Assembly (NCBI GenBank): GCA_030141605.1
Contig: JAQGDQ010000343.1
Location: 124,001-188,000, forward strand
From: Tubiluchus corallicola
Taxonomy: Eukaryota; Animalia; Priapulida
Length of the DNA: 64,000 nucleotides
Direction of reading: 5' to 3'
Positions 12,701 to 24,200 of this stretch are shown here, piece after piece (the first letter of the stretch is position 1; every line of letters starts with the position of its first letter). The position numbers and the translations under genes were made by a program. The notes below the pieces were generated by a model. The model saw nothing but the letters and a program-made list of their open reading frames with translations, was not told where the DNA came from and did no database searches.

Positions 12701-14083
12701 CGGAAAGTTTTTTGGGTCGTTATTTAACATTGCCCTTTCTTCCCCTGATTTACGTGGCGTAGTGACGTTATGTAATGGCGCCGTCGGAACAGCATTGCGG
12801 GAGATATAAAATGAAAACAAACAAAAATTCCTTTCAACGCAAATACAATATGTGGTGGTGGTAGTATAATTTTTTAAGGCAATATTTCTAAAACCTACTT
12901 CAGGTGCCCTTTTTCTTGTCCTTTAAAGTTAGAAAAATATGACAAAGAAATTTGTAAAAACAATGCCTACAAAGCATAAAGTTCATAAATACTATCACTG
13001 TACAGAAATTTTCAGGTGCCATCTGCCATTCACTTGAAAATTATGACGCATTTGGTGGACATTGTGGCTTTTCGTAAGCACACTCTGCTTAAACCAGTTC
13101 AAACTTCTGCTGCTTACCTAATATTCACGCAAAAATATGACACAATAATCTAAATTTTCGTAAAAACTCAATACACTTTTGACAGAAATTGATGGTGCAC
13201 TGTTTTCTTTAATCAATTTTTTTTAGTTTGACCATGCTTGAATTAAGAAGACAGCGAGGAGATCTTATTGAAGTTTATAAAATATTAACTAGAAAAGAAA
13301 ACATTTTTCCCAAAAAATTCTTTAATTTAGTTGTTCATTCTAGAACTAGAGGATATAATTTAAAACTGTCTACAGAGCGGTCACATCTTGACATTCATAA
13401 ATATTCATTTACTGTGAGAGTTGTGAATGAATGGAATAATCTGCCTGCCATGGTGATTGTCGCATCAACTACAGTAAAGTTTAAATCATTATTCGACAAT
13501 TATTTTGCGGAAAAATATGGGGTTTCTATGAGTGTACTTAACCACTATGAGTGTACTTAACCACTAATCATGACAGTATAACCTGTAATTTCTTCACTCA
13601 GTGATACCCGTGCACTTAATTTATAAAACAATAAGGTTTTTAGGGACAGCGCACAGTTTTTCAAGAATTCCGCGAGTTTTGGCTGCCCTGGCACCTGTTG
13701 TAAATGGGCTCTTCTAGCTGAGTGGTGAGCGTGCATTTTTATTGGCTGTTTATACAGAGCATGACGATCAACACTGACGAAAACTTGAATGACACACAAA
13801 TTTCACTGTCATTTTCTATGTTTACACAATGCTTCAACGCTGACAAACTCGAGAATGACAGTGTTTTGAATGACCGTGTGGACGACCTTTAAGGTGGATA
13901 TACTTAGACACTATTTAAATCAACATCATTCGTTCGGTGACAATGAGACATCATCTTGCCATCCACATTATTGTTTAGCAGTATTTTAAACCACAAAATT
14001 ACTTTTCTAAAACTAACCTCATCCTTGTTTTTTGCTTCGGCCAAAACGCCAAAACTTTTGTACAAATCTTCCACAGTTGTCAT
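681..14083 (-). CDS. API5: Apoptosis inhibitor 5, multi-exon, 3' part off the left edge
   Basis: Exons 14083-14018, 12373-12212, 11450-11285, 9310-9159, 7751-7608, 5808-5743, 4251-4057, 1965-1772, 774-681 are all GT-AG and phase-compatible. Joined protein MTTVEDLYKSFGVLAEAK..EKRLASQFIARFFKHFPDLADQALDAQLDLCEEDD..IRKQAIKDLP..EPKLNFSYVECL..RLQYFAQGVQGYIKKLREALQGKTGDALKTEE is colinear with vertebrate API5. Confidence 0.97.
1022..1623. mobile_element. piggyBac-type MITE
   Basis: TTAA TSD, TIR CCTTTTCACTACG..CGTAGCGAAAGGG; second copy inverted at 51095-51670. Confidence 0.85.
1772..1965 (-). CDS. API5: API5 coding exon 8
   Basis: tgcag|DYLPMPP..EPKLNFSYVECLMHTFHELGRK..FRI+AG|gtaagt. Confidence 0.95.
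2211..2814. mobile_element. Tc1/mariner-pogo type MITE
   Basis: TA TSD, TIR CAGTGTTCCCTC..GAGGGAACACTG. Confidence 0.85.
2962..3424. mobile_element. MITE, superfamily uncertain
   Basis: TIR CAGGGTTCCCAC..GTGGGAACCCT with TTTCCCTG subterminal motifs; TSD not clear. Confidence 0.7.
4057..4251 (-). CDS. API5: API5 coding exon 7
   Basis: tgtag|KNVHSDKFVSYFCCQVLPNL..LKLLAEMSSHCGD..FSKLL|gtgagt. Confidence 0.95.
5743..5808 (-). CDS. API5: API5 coding exon 6
   Basis: tctag|ATDPECVDKLIQCMRQATPLLS|gtaagt. Confidence 0.92.
5837..6863. repeat. Minisatellite, ~61-bp unit x ~17
   Basis: gcatttaaactgaagagttttctgtcaagaaacttacaggtacgttcacactagaaaagat. Confidence 0.97.
7608..7751 (-). CDS. API5: API5 coding exon 5
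   Basis: ttcag|VLADGVTAEEFLLFMSILRGLKSMQTLTGRQQLL..RFE|gtacaa. Confidence 0.93.
8372..8600. repeat. Dispersed repeat (retroposon 3'-end-like), second copy at ~39863-40045
   Basis: Shared tatacaaatgtaaatgtgttgcgggcaatcaaaaagcagggcttgttagattgtccca. Confidence 0.75.
9159..9310 (-). CDS. API5: API5 coding exon 4
   Basis: ttcag|GTLQGFFSQILTGEDLVRERAIKFL..EETKK|gtgagt. Confidence 0.95.
9433..9981. mobile_element. Kolobok-type MITE family A, copy 1
   Basis: TTAA TSD, AGG..CCT termini, TIR AGGAAAACCGGATGATTG. Confidence 0.85.
10313..10857 (+). mobile_element. 5S rRNA-derived SINE (SINE3) with RTE-LINE-like body and tail
   Basis: 5S-like head 10313-10429 (AGTTAAGC box A, TGGATGGGT box C, no oligo-T terminator); tail GGCGCACACTCCATTGTCTTCCGAGACAGAAGGATG resembles RTE 3' ends; 11-bp TSD CATGTCAAGGG at 10302-10312 and 10858-10868. 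Confidence 0.88.
11285..11450 (-). CDS. API5: API5 coding exon 3
   Basis: tttag|IRKQAIKDLPKFCKESPEHLPKIADILTQLLQSDD..DAK+G|gtacac; not in ORF track. Confidence 0.93.
12212..12373 (-). CDS. API5: API5 coding exon 2
   Basis: tttag|HKAEYHNIIAGVKGGPNEKRLASQF..CEEDDTS|gtaaat. Confidence 0.95.
12479..12922. mobile_element. Kolobok-type MITE family B, shorter derivative
   Basis: TTAA flanks, termini AGCACAAGAAAA..TTTTCTTGTCCT. Confidence 0.8.
13228..13530 (+). mobile_element. CR1-clade LINE 3' fragment
   Basis: LELRRQRGDLIEVYKIL..TRG..KL..FTVRVVNEWNNLP..FKSLFD is the CR1 ORF2 C-terminus. Confidence 0.88.
14018..14083 (-). CDS. API5: API5 coding exon 1
   Basis: ATG..MTTVEDLYKSFGVLAEAKNKDE|gttagt. 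Confidence 0.9.
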
Positions 14084-15176
14084 TGTTTGTACTGCAAACT
14101 GTAAGCCTACTGACTAATACTAAGAATCTATTTCAACACTGCAGGTAACCACCTCCACAATGAATAAGAAAACAGTTAAAAAGCAAACATTAATCACAGC
14201 TAAAAAGAGTAAAGATGGATCAGCGACACAACTTCATAAAGTTTTTATTAGTCCTTATGCTGCTCAAAAGAAAACTGTATGTACATAACGCGGTTTTCTT
14301 TCTGAAAATTCGTCGGCCTCGCTGCGTTACAGCTTGTATGAAAAAGAACACAACTTCGTCAATGAATTGTGAGAGCTTGTTTCAGTACCGATTTATTGGC
14401 TATTCTAATTATTTTGTATTACGTAAGGAATAAAACATAAGAATTTTATTTCATACATAGTCTTGATTTACAGTATAGTCAGTTGAAGAATAAATGTTTA
14501 TATAGTAACTCACCTTCGTAACTCACCTACGTGGTGAGTAAACCCTAATTTCTCATCCATTGGTGCCTAGCCAAATTTAAACAACCTTGTTCAGGTATTT
14601 GTAGTTGGTTTATACTACTCCTAATATACCAAACTGTCATTAAAATAGGAGGTTTCTTGCACGGAACTCTACATCAAGTTAATGTTTAAAACTATTTATA
14701 TTATTTGCTCTCATTAATGATTCCAGTAAAAAGGTTCCATATTATCACTTCACCTAGTGAAAAGCCAATATGCTGGTACCTTTCTGTATTGATCCTTTGC
14801 TTGAACAATTTAACACTACGCTCACGTGTAACGCGTCTGTTGAGTGTAAAAAAACTGTTTTGCGTTGCTATCAGTAAATCCCTTAAAAATCGAATATTTC
14901 AATAAGTTTCCCCCTGCGTATAAAGGCCTACTATGACAAACAGAAAACTTGCGAGTTCCTTGAACGAAGAAGAATTACGGATAAGTAATTTCAAAATACG
15001 AACATAGGAATTACTAAAGTCATAAAATAGAAACAGAAAGTTCAACGTCTATTGTATTGTCTAGTGTCTACTGCCTAGACTACTTTACTTTTTTGAGTGA
15101 ACAAGTCGCTGCGACAAAACAAAACCTCCTACTGTAAAGGTGCAAAAAGTGCTAATCGGTAAGCGCGAAATGTGCA
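14084..15176. promoter_or_regulatory. Probable bidirectional promoter region of API5 and SMPD4
   Basis: Divergent start codons 1.09 kb apart; ATTGG (CCAAT) boxes near 14395 and 14560; TSSs not determinable. Confidence 0.55.
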
Positions 15177-15206
15177 ATGGCTGCTCCCTATGGAAATTTC
15201 GTATTG
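15177..15206 (+). CDS. SMPD4: SMPD4 coding exon 1 (inferred)
   Basis: [13 protein letters not shown]|gtaagt; phase 0 fits exon 2; resembles human MAFPHLQQPSFLL; short, so assignment is partly inference. Confidence 0.72.
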
Positions 15207-18200
15207 GTAAGTCTTCTTTCAAATTTTATCAGTTTGTGTAAATAGTAACTGCGTTTTTCTTAATTTATTTTATTTGCGGTAAAGACGTTTTACCAAATAA
15301 TGATTCTGTAACTGTATAAAATGCGTGTCATGTACTTTTAGTAAATGCTGAGTAAAACTAAAAGTGTTCTTCGTGTTTCTTCAATGTTTATATAGGCCAG
15401 CCTATAGAGACCCGAAGGTGAGTTCCTATAATAAAGGAATATAGATTCCTATATTAAAGTGAGTTCCTTTATTATAAAGTGAGTTCATATAATAAAGAAA
15501 TCGAGTAGGAACTCGATTGATGATGATCGTGGAAAGGTCAAAGGTTAAATTTACCAGACAGCCCCTCCTGGCCCATGCTGTTGTAATAGTAACAGTTTTA
15601 GCAGCTAGCTAGAACCTTTCCTAGTTCATTTTTTTCTTGTTCCCAAGCAAGATCCTGCTAGTAAATCACAGACTAATGGCTACATAATTAAGTAAGGTCC
15701 ACGTAAAACAACTGGAGTTGCTGAACTGATGGCTTTACTTTACCCATATTTCACGTGACGGTTGTAGTTAAGACGAGTTGCTGTCGTACACTTGACCTTT
15801 GACCTATGCTATAGCAACAGTGCTTGCGCACAACAAAACTGTGAAAAGGCTTATTGGACAAATTCGCTCAAGGTAGTAAACAAAGAACTATAATACTTAT
15901 AACTGACAAGAGGAGTATTTTCATTTTTTCGTTAATGTGCTGTCAGTGGTTATACTGTATTATCTGGTTTTATATTAAAAGGCCAAGAGTAAATTATAAT
16001 ACTACACCAGCGTCATGACTGGAGCTTTCATGTTTTGTTTAATGTTTCAAGCTAAAACATTGTGAGATACTTGTGAAAACATACTTTACAGCACGTTTGT
16101 ATGAAGGTTGTGCAAAAATTAACAAAAGTCCAACCGTCTAGTGAATACATTTGCACTAAATAATCTAAGCTTATAAGAAACTCATGTTCAAAAGTAAATG
16201 CTTTGAGCTTTGGATCTGATAGAGGTACTTTTCTTTGAAGCTGAATGACCAGTTGGTCATTGACCAGTTAGTCTTCATGCTCTCATTCATCCAAATGTTG
16301 AGGTACATGGAACTATCACAGCCAAAATGAGGTAACTTATATTTTTTCTTATTTTTGAGCCGTTTCTATGTACTTCACTGGCTTAAATGTAATAAGTACT
16401 GCGGCTCCTCCCTTGTAGACTTGAGGTTCTCATTGAGTAAGTTAGTTGATATTCTCATTACAAGTTGAGCTTATCTGGACAGTATCTTTTCTGACTGATG
16501 CATACTATTTGAAACCATGTACTGTTTACGCGTATTAACTTCCGAACTTTCCCACTTTGTCTTGTATTAATCCTAGCTTGTGGCGCTTCCGTATTTCACA
16601 CTAGATATTGCCATTAAACTGTTGTTGTCTATGTGTTTTCAACTGTACTCAAACAGATCAAAATCCATTCTATATCGTTGATGTAACAATTTGATGTTTC
16701 TCTGTGGAATATCACTAAAGTATTTCAGGTACTTTGTTGTTGATTGTCTCTCGTGTTCTTTCAATGATTCGTTTTTGCTTGGAAAATGGATGCTGCTGCT
16801 AAGATTTAGTTTATTGATAATGAAGCTGGCATCCCTTTCTAATGTTTCGTATTTACCAATGAAGCTGTAATTAGTCTGACATGGAAGCTTTTTGGTGTAG
16901 GAGAAATTCCATTATTCTCTTCCAGTTCGTCCTTGCACATTACAGTAGAGGATTTTGTGTCTGTGGTTGACGATCATGTGTTCCTTGTTGTGTTTGATCA
17001 GTTCTGGCGGATCGTTGCCATATTTCCTTTCACATATCTGGCTCACACGTAAATGCCTGTTTTCATATTCTTGTTGTAGATGAGGATATTTTGAATTCAC
17101 CAATACTTATTTCTGGAAGTCTTACTTGATGTCTCCTTAAATGACTGTGTTTTGTTATACCATATACTTGCTCTTGTCGAACGACACTTGGAAACTGTTG
17201 TAAAACAAAAGAACTTGCAAGAAAGGTGAACAGTAGAAAAAGTGCTAGAAGCAGCTTCTTTGGTTCATTGCTGTCTCCATGATGCATGCTCAGATTATGT
17301 CTCAGCAGTTCAGTGTATCAGTTGTTATGTCCTCTCGGCATTTGGTTTGTGAATACAACCGCATCTTCTCAATGGTTTTGTACAGCAATCTGAAAAACAT
17401 TTCATAGAGTTTCTTAGTTTAGAGAAATAAAGCTGACGTACTCATGATACTACCTGACCTGTGACAGACTCGACTGTGCACTTTTTGAATGCTGTTTTTA
17501 CCACAATGATCTGCTACACATAACTGCCCGCAAACAATTCGGTTCACATTAAAAGCACATAAATTAGAACATAGATGCTTCTTTCTTCACATCATTTTAA
17601 CTCAAAAAAAGTTTTTACTGGTAGAAAAGATGTGGTACGATTGTTTGTTGTTCTATGAGTCTTTAATAAACTCATGTTGTGTCACTTAAATGAGTCGTCT
17701 GTAAGGTGTGCTGACAGATGCAATTTATGATGTAATGTCCATACCAGAATTTCTTTGTGTTTGTTCAAGTTAGTGGTTTGTATTTGTTCAGGTGCAATGC
17801 CATCATTGTTTTATTTGGATTCCTAATTATCAACAGATGGCTTTTAAAGCTGACAAAGTACATTAATTTATAGACAGCATAAAAGTGATAGGTTAGGCAT
17901 GACGAAGCATTATGAAAAGTGAAACTCATAATGTTCGAGTTGATCGATGCAATTCATCATTGTGAAGACACCCACAATGAGAAGATGTAGACATGACTGT
18001 GTACAGTTAGTAGGAAAATAATATGGAATCTGAACCAGAATCTTGGGATGGAGGGCCTCAATGGAATGGAAACCATAGTGAACAGCATTTGGTTTCCAAT
18101 GGTTGGTCCAATTCAGCAAGGGCATTTGTTTATCATGCTGTAGCAGTAGTTATTGAACTATCTAATCTTCTAGTTGTCATAGCTCTTGTGAAGTACAAGC

Positions 18201-21200
18201 ACTTGGAAGAACACAAGAACTGGTACATATGTAGCTTGGCTATTATCGACATGCTAGCTGGTATACAACTACATGTAATTACACATAGAATCTGGCAGTG
18301 GTATGGAATGGTGTCAAAAACTGAATGCTTCTTAGTGCTCTACATTGCTGCAATTTTTATAAATGCTTCAGCAATAACATTGCTTGCTGTCACAATAGAC
18401 CGTTTTATCGCTATAAAATATCCTCTTAGATATAACTGTCTGATGAGAAGATGGTTAGTTCAACTTATTATTATTGCTTCATGGTTGTATTCATTTAGTG
18501 TAAGTGCTCTTGTGTATTATCAAGATAATTGGGAAGGTCCATGTAATTGGGAGAACATTGTTAACCGAGATGTGCTCCTGCTGTTTTGCATTCATCACCT
18601 CATAGTTGCAGCCGTGTTGTTACTTATCAATGCCAACATCATGTGCATTGCACGAAGACACATGCGCCGGATTGAACCAGATGCAGCAAGATCGTATAAG
18701 CATAATGTGAAATCAGCCAAGATGATCAGTTTAGTTGTTGGTACTTTCATTTTGTGTTGTTTTCCTCAAAGTCTTATCAATATAATCTCTGCATACAATC
18801 GCCTTTATAAGATACCTCCATTCATTGTGGATATTTGTACTGCGCTGATGTTCAGCAATTCATTTATGAATCCAATAATTTATTCATGGAAAAATAAAGA
18901 GCTTCGGGAATCATTCAAGAAAGTGCTTCACTGGGACAGATTAAAAACATTTTTTAGAAGAAGCTCCCACAATTAGTAAGCACTGCTGTGATGGTTAATG
19001 TTTAATGCATTTTTGTGATGACAAGTGCAGTTTAATATTTGAATAGCTGTATCATTATTAGAATTATCAATTTGTGACACAATGATTGTGATATTCTCCT
19101 ACATCCTGAGACATTATGCAGAACTAATTGTTCTTAGATTGCATTTTATAGCCATGAAATGTATCAGCCATTCAAAACACATTGCAATATATGAATTTGA
19201 AATAAGCCTTTTCTTATTCACATCTTTTTTCATCCAAAACCAGAGCAGAAACAGTATTTAACAGTGGACAAATGTCGAGAGAATGTCTTTCGTTGGAAAT
19301 ATGTTTAATCAGTATCGAGCTGACAAGTGCAGTTTAATAATTAATAGGCTGTATCAATTATTAATATGATCAATCTATCACACAATGTTGGTGATATTGT
19401 CCTGCCTAGACAAACATATCCCGGATATTTTCATTCAATCAAGTGGTGGAGGTGCGATATATTTTATTTGAGGTATCGATTATGAAGAGGCTCTTTCTTT
19501 ATTACCAACGTAACTTATTGTGTAAGTGCAAGACATTATCAAAGGCATTATAACACATTTACAAGGTGTTATTGTAAACGAAACCATTATTGATTGTGTT
19601 GATATCTCATGCAATTATTTGCTGAAAACACATATAACAAGTGTGACGCCGTGTAATAATTAAGTCAGGACGTTAAGAAATCAGAGTACTGTGTTCAAGG
19701 TTCTCGAGCGTTTCTGTCACTTTTATATGCTAAATCTACAGGATAATCATTTATTTGTGTAGGCCACGTGAATCCGTGTCACTGGTGAAACACTTGTGTG
19801 CACGTGCAAATTATTTAATCAGAACGAAAACGGAACTAAAAGCTAATATTTAGATTTAGAATTTAATCAGTAAAACAATGATAGCAAAATTGAATTGATA
19901 ACAATTTCGAACAATACCTAATTCCCCCAAAAGTAACGTTGGCTGGCTACGCTTCTGTCTCTCATCAGGCTTTTGGATCTATCAACCACGCTCTTGAGCC
20001 TCCAACCATACCACATCGGCTTTTCATCTCCAGCAGTCAGCCACGTCCTCGCCCGCAGCTCCTTGCCAGTGGTCACCAACCCAGCCTCTGCATGGACCAC
20101 GCTTTAAAACTGCTCCAGCAATCCAGCGGTTAAACTCGTACCTGGTTGCCTCGGGATTGAACTCTTGCCTGGTTGCCTCAGACTCCCAGTAATAAAGCCA
20201 GATATCGTCCTTTTGCAGGGTGACAAACAGAACCTTCAGTTCAGACGAACAGTCAGACCATTGGTCCAGGTAGAACTGGTCCTCAACTGGTTTTCCACTA
20301 CTATTCAGCGAGAATTTGAGTCCTATTCTGCAGGTAGAAATATGGTTACCAAACACTTGCTTCTTGGAATGTCAAGACAGTGTCATCACAGCAAACAACG
20401 AATAAACAAAAGTAGACAAAACCATTGTCTTAGTGACAAATCATCTCACTGCATACGAGTACCATTAAAGACAGGTTCACACCAAACCTGGTGTTCAGCC
20501 ATATAAAATAACCACAGGATGTGGACTAACCAGCAAAACTCCACCACCCTGTAACTTCGACAGTCAGAACATAACTAGTGTAAAACACGAACTCTGTAGT
20601 AAGATCCCAAAACAGGTTGAAGCCATTTGGTATTCGAATTTTCAGGTAAGCAGAGAAATAAGCGGCCAGAGCCATCTAGTGTCAAAATCTTACAAAAAAC
20701 ACAATGTAATATAAGTTTAAATAAACAGTGCAATAAATCAATAAAGTAATTAGTTCATTAATTATGCGCACACAACAACATACGAAAGATATATCAAAAT
20801 AGGTGTTGCGACAATGATGGGTGGTATAACCGATCATCACATAGCATCTCTCTCCTTAACTCTGAAGGAGTTTTCACAACATAGCGACACCTATATTGAA
20901 ACAATTGAAGAAAATAAAAGCTAAACAATGATTTGCTAACTAATTACTCTGAGAAGCAGCTTCAATCAATACTGATACAAAATAAATCTACAAATAACGC
21001 AATAAACGACTTTACTTCTGCCATTTGCTGAGGGGAAACCGAAGGTTTTTGCCGGCGTGTTTTCCCAAAATTTTCTACTTGGGATATTTTCGAGAAACCA
21101 ACAATACCAGTCGATAGAAGGGTCGGATAGTGTCGGGACGGTTTTGGAGGTCCCGAAGAGACACTTATCATGGAGCAACTCGAAGGACAAGACCAGGTTA

Positions 21201-24200
21201 CAGCAGTAGTTCTGGAACAGCAAGGAGCGCCAGAGGTAGGAATGACAACTTTGGAGCTGCGACAGCCATTTGATCCTGTTGCGCACGATCTGGACGCCTC
21301 TTTCCGGCTCACAAAATTCGCCGATTTAAAAGGAGTTTTCACAACATAGCGACACCTATATTGAAACAATTGAAGAAAATAAAAGCTAGACAATGATTTG
21401 CTAACTAATTACTCTGAGAAGCAGCTTCAATCAATACTGATACAAAATAAATCTACAAATAACGCAATAAACGACTTTACTTCTGCCATTTCACTTTTAA
21501 AGGCTTTATGTTGTTTAATTAGAAAAACAATTTCTTCGTATAAAACTATCAAAATTAGGCAAAATTTATAGGCGTGAAAGTGCATCCGCCACAACATTCA
21601 TTCTTCCCGGAATATTCTCCACAGTGTAAGAGTATTCCTGAAGAATGAGCGACCAGTGACACAACCGGCGGTTATTACGCTTAATGCGAGGAAGGGCCAA
21701 CAAGCTGCGCTGGTCAGTTCGGATAGTAAAATGCCGCCCTTCCAGAAAGTATCTCAACTTCTCCACCCAGTATATAACTGCTAAACACTCCACTTCTACC
21801 ACACTGTAATTACGCTCAGTAACAGTTAATTTTCTGCTGAGGTATGTTATAGGTACTTCGCCATGTTCACTTTGTTCTTGGGATAGTACCCCACCTACAC
21901 CACTCAAGGATGCATCAGTAGTCAGTATAAAAGGCTTCATGAAATCTGGAGAGTGCAATACAGTGTCGGAGCCAAGGCAGTCTTGCAATTCCACAAAACT
22001 CCGCTCACAGGCTTCTGTCCACTCAACTTTGGTTGGAGCGCTTTTCTCAAGTAGCTCAAAAAGAGGAGCAGCCTTGGTACTGAACATAGGAATGAACCTA
22101 CGGTAGAAGCCAACAAGACCCAAGTAGGCCCGTACTTGTTTCTTGTTTTGTGGACGTGGGAAGTTGTGTATACGTAGAATCTTGTTGGGTTGTGGCCAAG
22201 TATATTCCTGCAGTACTCGCTTAGTAGTTTTTCTAATGCCTAAATGTCCAGCCATCTTATTATCATGTGCCAGGGAGAGCACCTCCAGTCTCCTTGTCTT
22301 AGGCACAACCAGTAGTTCTCGTGGTTCTAGGCTAGGACGCTCACGTGCCAGGTAATAAAGTACTCCTTCACGAAGATAGTAGCCTTTGCCTTCTTTCCGC
22401 ACAGTTTCTTCAGTGCGTGCATTGTCGCGTAAGTTCCTTAAAGTTACATCATCTACTTGTTCTTGGTGTAACTGGGATTTACTGAGCTCAGTCAGGTGCA
22501 TTTGGTTTTGCTTTGACTCGTGCTCAGTCAGTGGAGGTGCTTTGATTCTGTCTTGCAAAAACTCTTGTTGGAGGGTCCTGTCTCTTTCCTCAAGGTTTTG
22601 CAGTTTCGCAGCTTTACTGCGTGTAACAACTAATGCCGTGTGCAGCTTGTCACCACTACTGTTTTCATCCTGCTTCATAGCATGCTTTTTAAATTGGCAG
22701 GAGGAATCCATGTTGGCCACAGTAGGTGTTGAAGCTGGTTTCGGTACACACTGGAAGTTCTTACTCCTCTTTGTCGGGAATGGAGTAACTGCCGTCCGAA
22801 AGTCATTGCCAAGTAAGAAGTCAACTGGAGGGTCACCAGAGACAGCCACTGTCAAATACCCACTGACCATCGGACTTTCAACCTCCACAATAGCCATGTG
22901 TACTTCCTTGGAATCTCCATGTACACACTTAATCGTCCTGGTTGACTCATCAACATATTGCTCTGGCCTTACCAAATCTGATTGAACAAGGCTAGTGCAT
23001 GCCCCAGTGTCGCCCATGCATTTCACATCCTTGCCATTCACAGATGCCCAGCAGCAATATTCATCTTCAGAAGATGCAATAATGTCGCGCGACTTTTTCG
23101 TTGTTTTGCTTGAACCACCTTCCTGGGTCTTCTTAGCATCACCTTTAGCTAAAAAATTCCGACCCATCGTGCTTCTGCCTTTCCCGGTGGCTTCAGCACC
23201 TGCCATGCTTCTTCTGCATTGATTTCTTTTATGTCCCAACTCGCCGCAGGAATAGCACTTCACATTAGATCCATTATATGTGCTTCTTCCTCTTGCTGAG
23301 CTACTACCATCGTGCATTGGCGTCTTCAATCCTTTCTTAAATGTGTGAGGTTGCATGACTTTTAGGCCACCCTGTATCGACATCACAGATGCTTGGTACA
23401 AGTCTGCTTTTTCAACAGCATCATCGAAGGAATGAAGATCTTGCCTCCGGACCCATTCACACATGTCACGTGACATCAGTGTTAAAACTTGTTCCTTACA
23501 GACCAATTCCACAACTTTATCTACAGAGTCAGCATCTTCTGCATTTCTGAACTCATTGTAGGCACGAAGAAGTTTTCTGCCAACTTGCTGAAAAGTCTCA
23601 TTGGCCCTCTTTTTTATAGCACGAAAACATAAATTAGAACATAGATGCTTCTTTCTTCACATCATTTTAACTCGAAAAAAGTTCTTACTGGTAGAACAGA
23701 TGTGGTACGATTGTTTGTTGTTCTATGAGTCTTTACTAAACTCATGTTGTGTCACTTAAATGAATCTTCTGTAAGCTGTGTTGACGATGCAATTTATGAT
23801 GTAATGTCCTTTTCTTTGTGTTCTTTGTGTTTATTCAAGTTAGTGGTTTGTATTTGTTCAGGTGCAATGCCATCATTGTTTTATTTGGATTCCTAATTAT
23901 CAATAGATGGCTTTTAAAGCTGACAAGGTACATTAATTTATAGACAGCATAAAAGTGATAGGCTAGGCATGACGAAGCATTATGAAAAGCAAAACTCATA
24001 ATGTTCGAGTTGATCGATGCAATTCATCATTGTGAAGACACCCACAATGAGAAGATGTAGACTTGACTGTCTAGAGTTAGTAGGAAAATAATATGGAGTC
24101 TGACCCAGAATCTTGGGACAGATGGTCTCAATGGAATGGAAACCATAGTGAACAGCATTTGGTTTCCAATGGTTTGTACAATTCAGCACGGGCATTTGTT

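Larger units (their letters stand above)
19642..23626 (-). mobile_element. Gmr1-like Ty3/Gypsy LTR retrotransposon, 5'-truncated and internally deleted
   Basis: 3' LTR 19642-20841 bounded by TGTGA..TCACA; polypurine tract AAGGAGAGAG on the minus strand just upstream; gag-pol ORF; host sequence resumes at 23627. Confidence 0.9.

Noticed and set aside
22143-23222. Plus-strand ORFs over the retrotransposon
   Set aside because: Antisense shadows of gag-pol
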